A stretch of 64,000 nucleotides of DNA, taken from contig NC_134474.1 of NCBI RefSeq assembly GCF_964194025.1, forward strand, positions 18,290,001 through 18,354,000. The letters run 5' to 3'. Position 1 is the first letter of the stretch, and each line of letters begins with the position of its first letter. The notes beneath the pieces were generated by a model that saw only the letters and a list, made by a program, of their open reading frames with translations, made no database searches and was not told where the DNA came from. A program made the translations under genes and the position numbers. The DNA comes from Convolutriloba macropyga (Eukaryota). Positions 26,301 to 39,140 of this stretch are shown here, one piece after another.

Positions 26301-27990
26301 GTCAATAAGTTAACTGATATACAAAAAAAACGAGAAATCAATCGAGCATAAGATACTAATTTTTATTTTCAGCAAAACCCAACGCATTTCCGGCATAAAA
26401 ACAATAAACACATTTCAAAGCAGTTACAGTATGAACTCCTGTTGTTCAGAAAACTGTTCACCTAAACAATTCAATTGAATTGATATGAAGATATGAGGAA
26501 TTAATATTTTACGATTTTATACAATTAAAAGAAATTTCAAAAGAATAGCTAACCTATTTTCAGTAAAAATCGTTTGTAAAAAAAAGTTCAAAACACCTGA
26601 TTCTGACAACGATTCGATCAGAACAAATATAAAGAAAACTGTTGAAGAAGCTTTTCAAAAATTTTTTTTAATTTGAAAAATGAAAAACTTTTAGAGTTAC
26701 GGAACACAAAGGCGCAACATTTCCATACCTGAAAATCCATTTTTAATTAATTTACTCCTTACAGGAACGCTTCTAGCGTTTTGCAATATATTTTAATTTT
26801 CAGAACATGCAAATCTTTTCAGTCGTTGCGCCATTTTTCCCATTTCGCAAATTACCCTATCATAATCAGTAGCTACTTGTCATATTCATCATATCTTGGT
26901 ATGTTTTCAAGAAAAACTTTCGATGTAATGTTATTTGTCCAACTTCTACCTGCTTCGGACATTTTGGTTCGTCTCTTCTGTGTGATGTGACAAATTGGTA
27001 TCACACTTTAACTTGATAAGTATTCAGCATCACAGCGGGTAGCAAGAAAAAAGTTTGCTTACGAAGCTTGCATGCGTCGCTCAACATGTTTACTGCTGCT
27101 ATATTTGTCTTCCTTAGCACTTAATCTTTACTCATCACTTCGTTTCCTGAATCACTTAAACCAGACGTTTTTTTTACGTGACAGAACCTAGGAAGCTTCT
27201 CTAATTTATCAAATTATCCTTTGGACTCCTGCTCTGCAATGTTCAACGGCTGTTTTTGCACTGTAATTCATCTCCTGTAGTTCATTAAATGGTGCTTCTC
27301 TCAGTAGTGTTGACATTACCTTTTGAGCAATTGAATCAAATTGACTTTACCCTTTGGAGAACTCTGGCTTGGTGCTTTCAATCACCGGCTTCTCTTTACG
27401 TAATTGAGATCAGTTTCAGAAAAGCTCCATTGACGTAGAGATTAAATGTTAGTTGCAACTTGATATAGGTTGCACAACACCACGAGCGCGTTTAGATTGT
27501 ATTCAACCGTTGTGCATTGAAGACATTAACATTTTCATGAACAACGGTAATGCTCAAATGACTAAATTCAGACGCTTCAATTTTCTTTATTTCTGTTCGT
27601 GTTCTTAAATACTTATTTGCTATTTATTGCGAGTATGAGCACTTTCGATAAATCGGAGCGCACGTGTTCGATCGATAAAAAATATTACCAAAAAATCGAT
27701 AAATTAACTGATTTTAAAAAATGGAAATTCAATTGAGCGCTATCAATTATTTTCTAAGATTAGCAAAACCCAACCCATTCAACCCACATTTTAAAGCAGT
27801 AAGTATGAACTCATTCTGGTGGTACACAAAACTGTGGATCGGAAAAATCAATTCAATTGATATGTAGAAAAAGAAATCAATATTTTACAATACTATACAA
27901 TTACCGCAAAATGGGCAACCTAACTACTTTTAGTAAAAATCATATACAAATAGAATCTTAAAATACCTGATTTTGACAAACATTAGATCA
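17330..27990. repeat. Large diverged mosaic tandem array (~0.6-1.3-kb variably deleted units)
   Basis: Recurring anchors ATAATCAGTAGCT (~17730, 19978, 22138, 24279, 25249, 25846, 26862), TCTACGTG(C/T)TTCTACGTTCAATTT (~17900, 22343, 23129, 24483, 25469, 26049) and AGAAAACTGTTC (~18159, 21505, 22730, 23514, 24056, 24859). Confidence 0.9.
18578..18943. repeat. Recent 183-bp tandem duplication
   Basis: 18578-18760 and 18761-18943 differ at one position that I could see. Confidence 0.9.
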
Positions 27991-28050
27991 GAAAGTCAAA
28001 AGTTCTGCAGCGCTAGTCCAGATAAATCCAGTGCAATAACCAATGTGAGT

Positions 28051-29233
28051 TCAAGATGTCATCCAGGTTCTCCTAACTTCAGCCTTTTCCGCAATTTCCC
28101 TCCAATCAGAAAAAAGCTCAGCCTCTATCCTCTGCCTGTAAGCGTCTAGATTCTTTGTTTTTAACACGTGATCATTGAACGGATTGTCATCAGTGGAACA
28201 GAAGAAAGTATAATAGACAACCTGCAAAACTGGGAATAACAGACAATCTATGAGGGATATTTTGTCCCCCATGAAGTATGGCTTATCAGCTAAGAACTCA
28301 GAACATGCATCCATATCGTCACCCCACGCTTTTATAATCTGTTCACGCGTCATTCTTCCAGTTCCCTGTGCCCAAACGCTTTTCTTAATTTGACTACCAA
28401 TTACATATCCCACCAAATGGCCAGCAAGTCTATTTCCCACGGCAAGTCTATTTCCCACGAAATGATTCAACATTAGTTTTCCATTATCTGATAAATTGTA
28501 TCTCCATGCCAACGCAGCGAATACAGATCCGTCACTGATCATGCGTTGAAACGCGCGTGAAATAGCCTTTTCTCTTGCGGTCAAATGAGCGTTCATGTCA
28601 ACGTTGTAGTCACGCATCAGTCGCTCGATGATGTGAAAGGAATCTGGTATTGACTCACCTGTAAGAAACACTAATTGCATAGATCAGATTGGTATATCAG
28701 CTTCGTTTCGCAGAAATTGTCAACTCATGTGAAATACTACTATTTTTTAAATATGCCAACATTTGAAATGGAAATCTCTCCGCGGCAAAATGTACTATAT
28801 TTAAGCTTTTTACTTCAAATGCTCGTAGACCAGCTACGCGCAAAACACGCTGTCTAAAAAATAGCCATTGCAGCACAGTAGGTTATCATTCTTGCACTCT
28901 CAGAAGCAAAACAGATTTAGATCAAGATTTGTAAGATTGCAACTTCACATTTCGCGTCATAGGAGGCAAATAATGCCATCAGTGGCGCATCTAAATTGCA
29001 TGTTTTTGCTAGAAGCTAAATCAATCAACTATTCATTGCTAATACAAACACTAACCTTTATATTCTACCCAAGGCGACTTCTTTGTGTGTGGATGAGTTG
29101 GTGACTTTGTTGTGACTGTGTACGGAATCTTAGCCCATCTGAGGAACATTTCTACACGAATAGGGAAAGGCGAAACTGATATGGAACCACCATATGATGG
29201 AAAGGCATGAATGACAATGTCCCCAGCGCCCAT
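28051..29233 (-). CDS. FAX/metaxin-like GST-fold protein, paralogue A (261 aa); exons 29233-29056 and 28658-28051
   Basis: SPFPIRVEMFLRWAKIPY...PWVEYKG|ESIPDSFHIIERL...QGTGR...DDMDACSEFLADKPYFMGDK matches the FAX pattern SPF.LK.E..LR...IPY / PW.EY.GE.I.DS / QG.GR / DL.ALS..L..K.Y..G. Phase-1 GT-AG intron of 397 bp; spliced length 786 nt is in frame. Confidence 0.9.
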
Positions 29234-29786
29234 TACGTCAAGTGGGTTTAGCAAGATAAACTTACCTGAAATTTTGATCAACACTAACGCAATTATCCAT
29301 AAATGTTGAGCAAAAATTGTTTGCCTATCAACAAGATTACAGTAATTTAATTCAAATTCCAGTTTGAATAGCCACCAACTATTCTTGAATTCATTGACGC
29401 GGGGTTCCATTACTTCTGGACGATTCACTTGATCCTATTTTTCCCACGAAGAACGTACACGAAATAATTCGTTTAAACTTCTTCGATGGTCATTTAGATA
29501 AAATTTTTAGCAGAGTATCATGTCACATCGGACACTTGTCTAACTACTATGTTTAGCTTCTGCACAAAAGAGCATAGGGATAAATTTTGAATGATATGTT
29601 GGATGAAAATTTTTACAATATACACTAAACGATATTCATAATTCCAATAGGGCTAATTGTTGACTTCCGGTAAAAACAGAATAATGAAATGTAAAAACAG
29701 AAAATCACATTTCTATTGAAAAAGGAATAGAAAAATTGGTTCATTCTGCATTAATCACGCGGCAGCTAGCATGATGACCGCACAAA

Positions 29787-32700
29787 TTAAGATGGCGTCC
29801 ACGTTCTCTTAGAGTCAGCTTTCTCCGCAATTTCCATCCAATCAGGGAAAAACTCTGCTTCGATCTTTTTCCTGTACGCGTCTAGATTCTTTGTATTCAA
29901 CATATGATCTTTGATAGGATTGTCGTCAGTGGAACAGAAGAAAGTATGTTCTACAACCTCCATGACTGGGAAAGTCAGGCAATCTATTAACGAAACTTTA
30001 TCTCCCATGAAGTAGGTTTTATCAGCTAAAAACTCAGAGCAGGCATCCATATCGTCAAAGCAAGATTTCAAAATCTGCTCACGCGTCATTCTTCCTGTTC
30101 CTTGAGCCCAAACGTTTTTCTTCATTTGCCCGCCCGCGAACTGCGATACAATGCTGCCCAGAACTCCGTTTCCTAAGAAATGTTTGACCATCAGTTTCCC
30201 ATTGTCCGATAAAGTAAATCGCCAGGCAAATCCAGCAAATAGGGATCCTTCGCTGAGCATACGTTGAAAAGCGCGTGAAATAGCTTTCTCTTCAGCTGTC
30301 AAATGAGCATCCATGTCAAGGTTATAGTCCTTCATGAGCCGCTCAATTATAATAAATGAGTCTGGTATTGATTCGCCTAAAATAGAGAAAACGATCATGC
30401 TGACCGAATGATTCGCTGGTTTAATAAAATACATTTTGTCAGTTGACATAAACAAGGAGGCTCGGTAATGTGCGATCGCACATAAGGTTCCGACCCCGCT
30501 CATTCACAAATTTGGCATAATTCTCTACCAAATGAGGAACAGATAGAAACACTGTATATGAACGAAAAGATAGCCTCCAAAGCAAATAACTCTGTGGAGT
30601 AAAGACTGATGCATTAGATTGATGAGATATGCCAATATTAAAAAAAAGGGTCAAGACGAACAGCAAAATTAAACAACAACAACAACAACAACAAACATTA
30701 ATTACATCAAAAACTTTATGTCCGTTTTAAAAACAAAACTTAATATCAAAGTCAAAATAGTGTCAGATGAAACTGAAACTAAACAAAATAACTTGCAAAA
30801 GATATGGGATCAGTCAATAATAAGGCTTGGTAACAATTAGACAATAAAGAACAAAAGCTGTTAAAACAGTTGAAAACAAGTTGAAAAATTCGCTAGTATT
30901 TTTAAAAAACAATAATTTCAAAGTAATAAAAACAATTGGAAATCAAGTAAAAAGTCCCATAGTTTTAAAATTTCCAATGCTTCTACATACGGGAATTAAG
31001 AACTGTCGGTATTCAATTCTTAATGCGGTTACAAAATAACAACAAATAGAGAACAAACAAAAAATCAGTAAAAACTTGCCAGAAAACGCTTTCGAAGCCG
31101 TAGAGCCATACTTTGGCCCTCAATATATGTTTGATTGCAGCCTCGACAAACATCGATCAATTGTTATACGACCTCTAATTAATGTAACTAGGTAACAAGT
31201 AGACAAAGAAAAAGGCAAAATTAAGTAATAATAGTTTTTTTCGAAAAAACAATTGTTTCCAAAGAGATCAAAGCCATTAATTACAAAATGAAATAATAAA
31301 ATAGGTTCGTTTATTCTTCCAAGGTAAATCCTTGAGACCTGCAATTATCTAGAATATGTCTTACGTCTACAAAAAGAACGTCAAAAACGACTTAGATCAA
31401 AAACTAATTTACTTTTTTTTGTGTGCAAAACCCGTTTCGAATCCAGTACAGTCATAACGAATTTTTAAAACCTTAGATTTTGTGACACCAATCCCTTCTG
31501 ACACCTTCACTTGACTACAAAAATGTAATGTGTGGCCTGTAATTAACGAGACTAGTTAACAAACAGAAAAAAATGAACAAAAATTGTGAAGTTAAAACGT
31601 GTTTTATTTTGGAAAACAACTGCTTTCAGAGTCATGAAAGCCATCAGTTATCTACTATTATCCAAATATCTGCTCATCTATTTTTCCGTGAAGACCAATC
31701 AAACCGTGTTATTCTACAGGAAAATAACCATACCCGTGTTATTGTACGACTAAAAAACAAAATAAGAAGATAAAAAAATTATTTGAAATTCTTCAAGAAA
31801 GTGGAGTCGAATCCGTTAAAACCATAATCTAAATCTTCAAGGATCATACTATTATCAATTGTGCTTTATTTTGAACGCCAATAATGTGATATATGAACTG
31901 TCAATAGCGTGATAATGTGACAAATTTAGAAAATGTGAAAAATGGGCAAATACCTAAAAATAAAATAAAATTTTAAATCTAGTAGTATCAAAGCAAGAAA
32001 ACCATAACTTAAGGCATAAAACCGCATTAATGATTGGACTTAAATTCAGTAGAAAGAGGAAGCATTCTTTCATGGCTGACACTAATCTACAAGTTGACCA
32101 AATTAAGTGAAAAATAGAGGCAAAGTTCAATAAGCCATTATTTATTTAAAAACCAAAGTTTTTTAAAAGTCAAAACGACCATAAGCTGTCAAGTAATAAA
32201 CTAGACAAACTAATTTGGAGCTAATTAGGAAGTCAATAGGACCTATTAATAGTGAGCTTTGATTTGAAATTTTCTTTGAAATAATATAAAAAAGATCGAT
32301 TTTTTTTTTAATAAAAAGACCGACTGATTACAATCCGAATTATTTTTGGATTGTAACAGTACACGATTGGTCCAAAACTAGCCATGCTAATGCTGTTTGT
32401 CAATTAAGAACACTTAATTTTTCGAGTGTTATAGATATAGATATTTTGTTATTTAAAAAATCAAAAATAAATGCCGCGTTTTTGATAATCAACGAGTAAA
32501 GTTAGCAAAAAACGGCAAAGTTTTAATTACAGAGCAGTCCCAACCGAAGTTGGAGAAATGGCCCTCTTTTTAATCTACAAAGAACGTGTTGGTGGTGTTT
32601 GGGTGTGTACTTCCTGCAAATTTAATCAAAGTGGACTAAAGAAACTTATTTCGTGCTGTTTTTGATGAACTCTGAATTTTAAAATATTTAGCCAGAATTT

Positions 32701-33626
32701 TTAACAAAAAAATAGAAATAGCCTAGAATGTTTTTTTTGTCTTTAGCCATAAAATCAATAAACATTTTTAAAAAGAAAATTTAACAAATTTTATCATAAT
32801 TGGCGAAATTGTAGTCGAAAATTGGCAAAAATTCCGGAAAATGTGAATAAAATCAACGGAATCCACTCTATTTTCTCAAAAGTTTAAACCTCGATAACTC
32901 CCTGTAAAAACGAAAATCAAAAAAGCTTTTTAATTCCATATTCTACGCTGGACAAGCTTTCTAATGATACCAGTCTCAACTCTCTACGGTGAATATATCG
33001 ATCGGCCAAAATTGACTGAACAAAAAAAAACCATTTGAGTATATAGTTCCTCCCCCCTCAAGAGGGTCGGAACAAAAAGAACGTCAGTTGATAAAATTCA
33101 TGATTTGTCTGAACGTAGAAAATGCTTTTCAAAAAATTTGCCCCTCAATCATCGAAAAGCTGTACCTCTCTGTTATTAGTTGCGTACAGTTAACCATTCC
33201 AGCATTCCGTAAATAAAAATTAGTCTTCAAGAATTTTTGATATCTACTTTTGTGATGAAAGCTTGTCTCCGTAAAAGTTTTTACCTTTGCGCGTAAACGG
33301 CTTTGTATAAAACATAATTTTTTTATTTTACAATCGAAATTCTAGGAATCTGTTTTACTGTTGCCCCAGAGGTCATAATATAAAAATAGCATTTATTTCG
33401 GAACAGATATTATCGTTAATGTACGTAGTTGGAGAAAACTTCTCCGACCTTTATACTCCATCCAAGGTGTCTTCTTCGTGTGAGAATGAGTTGGACAGTT
33501 GGTTGTTACCGTGTATGGAATCTTTGCCCATCTAAGAAACATTTCAACTCGAATAGGAAAAGGTGAGGCTGATATGGAGCCACCGTAAGGTGGAAAGGCG
33601 TGAATGACAATGTCTTCAGCACTCAT
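29787..33626 (-). CDS. FAX/metaxin-like GST-fold protein, paralogue B (255 aa); exons 33626-33449 and 30376-29787
   Basis: Same motifs as paralogue A; phase-1 GT-AG intron at the same codon (3072 bp); spliced length 768 nt is in frame. Confidence 0.85.
31500..33075 (-). mobile_element. Dispersed repeat copy 2 (inverted homologue of 3113-4700) inside the intron of paralogue B
   Basis: Terminus CCCTCAAGAGGGTCGGAACAA at ~33055-33075; internal hairpin CCAAC-CGAA-GTTGG at 32540-32553; colinear similarity to copy 1. Left boundary approximate. Confidence 0.55.
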
Positions 33627-33755
33627 GTTGCCAATTGAACTTATCTGAAAGTTTGCTGAAAATGAGAGCATTTCAAATTATGATTAATCATCCTAAAATG
33701 TCGGTTCTAACATAGAGTAATTAAATTTTATCAACCTGTTCAAAACAGTCAAACG

Positions 33756-34617
33756 TTAGATTTTATTATGACCATTGTCTAACGGTTTCCAATTCCTTCT
33801 AGACAATTTACTCGCTGCAATTTCTTCCCAGTCAGGGAACAACTCGTTTTGCAACCTGCTTCTATATTCGTTGAGATTAAGTCTTCCAATAATGCCATCT
33901 CGTAACGGACTCTCGTTTCTCGAATTTTCTGATGTATGGTAAGCAACTTGTAGGAACGCAAATGAGATGCAATCAACTGAAGACATTTTATCACCCATTA
34001 AGTACGGTTTGTCCGATAAATAAAATGACAGCGCATCAAGGTCGCCACTGCATGTCTGCAAAATGTGTTCATGTGGCATTCGTCCGATTCCCTGAGCCCA
34101 AAGTTGTTTCTTAACCTGGTTAGCTGCAAGATATGAGGCAGCAATACCCCTCAACTTTTTCTTCCTGAAAAAAGTTTTGATGGTATTTCTACCACTGTCT
34201 GACATCAAGAAACTCCACGCCGACCCACTGAAAATAGTCCCTTCGCTCAGCATTCGCTGAAGAGCATGAGATATAGCTTTCTGCTCCGATGTTAAATGCC
34301 CATCCATGTCTATTTTGAAGTCCTTTTCAAGTCGTTTGATGATGTAATAGGAGTCAGCAATTTCTTCCCCTAAATTAAACACTCTTCGGATAACAATTTT
34401 AGAAAAGTTATCTACGCCTTACTCACGCGTTACTTTATTCACCTTTATATTCAATCCAAGGTGTCTTCTTCGTTCTTTTGTGCAACGCATTTCTCAACGT
34501 CGTCATATAAGGAATGCTTGCCCATCGAAGAAAGGCTTCTACGCGAATCGGAAAGGGTGACGCTGATATGCATCCTTTCAGAGGAGGAAACGTGTGTAGT
34601 ACAATATTAGAGGCCAT
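33756..34617 (-). CDS. FAX/metaxin-like GST-fold protein, paralogue C (262 aa); exons 34617-34443 and 34369-33756
   Basis: SPFPIRVEAFLRWASIPY...PWIEYKG|EEIADSYYIIKRL...QGIGR...DLDALSFYLSDKPYLMGD; 73-bp phase-1 GT-AG intron; spliced length 789 nt is in frame. Confidence 0.9.
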
Positions 34618-35535
34618 TTGAAACTCCCAACATAGACGACTTCTTGACAGTTTATACAAACGATTATTAAGATCCCAACTAGAAACTTCAGATATGATAT
34701 CTTGTCACTGGGCGTAGTAATTCCTGAAAATAACCGAGATTTCGGACAAATTTATCTAAAACAACCCGCGGGTGGGAATCAATTTTAGGTGTGGAGGGTT
34801 TCAAAGTGCTTCTATTACAGTTAATTTCACAGCATAAGATTTAATATTTAATCAATATCGGCGCTCTATACATTGGACTTTTGGCAGCAAACTGCCGCCG
34901 ATTGAGTGAACCTGCTTTAATCTCAACAAATCGAATTAAAAAACCGATAGGATTTAAATCAATGCTACAAGAACACTTGAGTTAGGCAATAACATCACAT
35001 GCAAAAATTATTTCTGCAAGTGTACAATAAAAATGACCCAATGGTAATTAACCCCTCGTTTGAGAACAATTTTAAAAAATAATTTGGAAAGAGGCAAATG
35101 TGTACTCAAAAACTAGATCAATTTTAAAACCTCGAATTTTGGCAATAAATTGCAGCTTCATGACTAAAAAGTTATCAGGTTAACAACGTAAAATAAGGAT
35201 CTATTCAGTTTTGGCATCATGTCTTTTTTTCTGAACTCACTTACAAACTCTGAGTTCCTATGTAGCATGTATTATGTGAAAAATAACACGTGTGGCTATA
35301 GGTGTCATTTATACCCCCCACTAGGCTGGGGGATCAAAATGATCCGTGGGTCAAAGAGGAAAAATCCCGAATATGGCGTTTCAAATCAATCTCAGAACTT
35401 GCAAATTTTGAACATTTCAGGGTTAAATTATTGATTAAGTTCAGAAGATCACTGGTTCCATTACATCGCTACAGTATAAGATAGACTCCTACCAAACCTT
35501 TTCTCTTCAAGAACAGTTTTTGAAGACCGTAATAT

Positions 35536-38500
35536 GAAATGGGTAAATCAAGAAATGCCCCTCCGCAACCCTGGGTGAATATTGGCTGATCCGGAGCCCT
35601 CCCAGCACTACGTCTTCAGTTTCATATCAATGAATGCTATGACAAGGACTAGTAACCCAAAATGTCCTACCTGCAAGAAGTCAGTGAAAAATGATATGAC
35701 GGCCAATTGTTGCGAAAAGTGTGGCAACTGGTATCACGGAGTTTGTGTTTCTCTGAAATCGATGAAGTTAAATGGCTTGGCGCATCCCGAAATTGTGTTT
35801 GGCTTTGCGATATAGCAATATTTTTACCACTGATGCTAAAATTACCTCCGTTCTTGAATCATTCGAAAACAAATTTCAACTGTGCTCGATAATGTAATAC
35901 CCAAGGCCATTGAAAAAGTTGCTGAAATGGAACCTGATTCTGTAGCTGTACACCGCGTTCGCCAAATGTTAACCAGAGCAATGTCATCATTCATCGAGAT
36001 AGAGACGACAGTATGAAACTTATTGTTACTGGTGTACCCGAAAGTGGAGATTCTACTAACGGTCGGATTGACAATGACTTCACAGAAATAGATGGTATTT
36101 TGAATCACAATGGACTTAAAGCCGACGGTAATGTTGTCTCTTTTAGACGGCTGGGCAAATCGATGTCACAGAGTGGTGAACGTCTTAAATGTAGACCACT
36201 CTTAATTACTTGTGAGAGTCCCCATTTCTTATCTAGATGTTTTGCACGAAGTTTATAATTGCAGGACTACAAATATCCGGTTAATCTCAAAAATTTTCTT
36301 TCCTCGTCCGAACGTGAAATCGAAAAGAAAATTCTTCAAAAACGGTACAACATGATTCATAGGGAAGTTAAAAAAAAACTGATTTTAGAATCAAAAAGCT
36401 TAAATTGTACTATAAGGCCGATAATGTTCCTGTCATGGAGGTAGTTTCATGACTGGAAAGCCTAAATTGTTTGATTCTTAATTTCCAATCAGCCAGAAGC
36501 CTTGAGATATGTCACAATATTTTGAAATTAGCTTTGACCTCGGATGCAAATTTTGTCTTCCGTACTGAGACCTGGCTCTCGGGAGAAATCAATATTTCTG
36601 AAATGTTTTTGGGTTCCTGTTATCAAATAATATCACGTAGTGATCGGGAAGTTGGAGAAAATGGAGGAATTCTGATTGCATCACGTTCTAACGGCGATTT
36701 AGAAGCCTTAGATTTGACGATTGCAGCTTTTTCTTTTTGTTGTTGCTGTGCTGTTATCTGTTAAGGAATTTTATCATTCTTCGTTAATGTCTACATACCT
36801 CCAGCGTCGTGGCGTTACTCGATTGAAATATCAACCATTGCAAATTGTTTTAGCAAATACATCAATTTTTTTTCTTCTTTTGCTTATTCTAGAGGTATGG
36901 CAAATTACTCCAACTATTTTTTTGGTGGCTAGAATTTTCCGAGAACTCATTGAGCAACCTTAACTGCTAAATGCACTGTCGAACGACAATTTCTTGATAT
37001 TGTCAATGACTGTGGTCTAAACCAGTTCATTGACATACCAACACACAGTCGCGGCAACATTTTAGATCTCGTTTTAGTAGACACTCTCTCCTATGCGGTT
37101 CTAGATGCCTCTTTTACTGACCACAAAGTTATTTGCTTTCAAGTGGCGTTATATAGTCGCAGCACTTCTGCAATGGACTATGCTAAATCGTCTTTCAATG
37201 TACTCAATTTCAACACAGAATTTAAAAAATTTTATCGGTTTTTGTCTTCTGATCCGTCCCTTCACCTTGACTACTATCAATCTTGGTACGATTACTTTTA
37301 GTCGGCTCTGTCAAAATCTTTGAAAATTAAGCGCAAAAAACGACTTGACGTGCCAATTTTCATTTCTTCTCAAACAATGCATCTATTGAACAAAGGTGAC
37401 ACAGTTACCAGAAAACTATCAAAAGCGTTCTCTACCAATGTAGATTTTCAGAGGCTAAAACTGAATGAAGACATTGATACTTCTATTGAACTGGGTAGAT
37501 TCTCCTTGGTTGAACAGCTCAACTTGAAAAATACGAAGCATTGTAATCGATTGCTGCGGTCACTGAAAACAAATTCGATGTATACTTCCTCGATGTTTTT
37601 CGGCAGCATCAAAGCTGTTAGCAGCTTTGAGAAAGCTCAGCTTTTTAATACGTTTTTCAGTTCGGTTTTCAAAGCCAGCACTTGCCTTTTACCAGAACTC
37701 CAAGCGGATGGTAGCATCCACTTGGAAGATTTCTCTTTCACAATTGACGACGTGTACAATTTGCTAAGCAGAATTCCCGACGATTCATCAACGGGCATGG
37801 ACGCAATTCATTCTTTTGTACTAAAAGAGTGTGCTCAACAATTGTCACTATTGGTCTTTGAGTTTTTCTTGCGGAATACTAAGTTTCAGCAGTGGCCTTC
37901 TCAGTGGAAAACATCAACAGTTACTCCGTTTTACAAATCTGGGTCAACATCCGATGTGACAAACTACAGACCTATCAGCATCCTACCTAAATTGTCAATT
38001 GTTTTTGAGCGTTTAATACTCAACTTCATTTACTCACGAGTCTGTTCCAAAATAAAACGTGATCAGCACGGGTTCATGAAGTATCGTAGCACGGTCACTC
38101 AACTCATTTCATACTTGGACAAAGTTTATGCTGCTACAGATAAAACTCACGTTTGCTTGACTGTATATTTTGATGTGAAAAAAGCTTTTGATTCAGTTTC
38201 GCAGGGGTTATTGTCACATAAATTATCTTCATTCGGTTTTGATCACAATCTCCTAATGCTCTTTCAATCATATCTCACCGGTCAAAAGCAAGTTGTTAAA
38301 GTTGAGGGATGTTTTTCAAATGAAGCAGTGGTGACGTCAGGAGTCCCTCAAGATAGCGTGCTGGGTCCACTTGTCTTTATCATTTTTTAACGACGTTACA
38401 GACTCAATACAACATTCTGAATATTTTCTTTATTGCGATGACCTTAAATTGTTTTTGTTTTTCAGTCGACAAAATTTAAAATGATATAGACAGCTTATCC

Positions 38501-39140
38501 TCCTGGTCAATCAAGGGTCGCGCTTGAAACACGTGGGTTCAATTGTAGATTTGGGCATCACTGTGAGCAGTTTATTGTGTTGGGATAAGCATGTTGACCT
38601 CAGCATTGCAAAGGCTACAAAATTTTTAAATTTGTTGAAGCGTAGTGCTCCAATCGGAGTTTATGTTTCTAGAAGAAAGCTTTTATATAAATCGATGCTG
38701 TCGTCTATTTTGGAGTACGGTTCGCCTGCGTGGTATCCTTCAATTTTGGCTTTGCGAAAATTGGAAAAGTTTCAACACCGCTGTCTCAAATGGGTTCTGA
38801 ATAGTAAGAAGTCTTACCTTGAAAATTTGAAAATCTTGGACATCTTGCCCGTTTCTTTTCAGTTAATAAGAACAGACCTACTCCTTCTATGGAAATTACT
38901 AAATGGTTTTATTGATTCGAATCTTAATGCAAATTTTGTCACCTCGACATCAAGAATTCATCATTTTGGACATTTTGAAATTTCAAAAAACAGGAAATTT
39001 AAGACAGATGAAAACTTTTTGAATCGATCTCAACGTGCCGCAAATCATCTGATGCGAATGAAGATTATCGACTTTGACATGTCTAAACGTCAGTTTACGT
39101 ATGCAATTGACCAGTTTTTACGCACTCGAATTGAATACTT
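35536..39140 (+). mobile_element. CR1-group LINE, near full-length, decayed; 3' end lost in gap
   Basis: ORF1 (~35640-36450): PHD finger CPTC...CEKCGNWYHGVC...WLCD, then KLIVTGVPE...RRLGK...RPLLI. ORF2 (from 36449): APE motifs ETWL, GGILI, LDLVL, TDH; RT NYRPISIL, QHGF, DVKKAFDSV, SGVPQDSVLGP, YCDDLKL. Many frameshifts. Confidence 0.92.

Noticed and set aside
29260-29271. TTTCAG|GTAAGT resembling a recursive splice site
   Set aside because: The paralogous site in gene B reads TTTCAG|ATAAGT, so the donor-like match is probably a single substitution, and no downstream acceptor is needed.
29787-30503. Single-exon ORF starts for the FAX genes as given in the ORF track
   Set aside because: The N-terminal extensions are intron sequence; spliced models restore the GST N-terminal domain.
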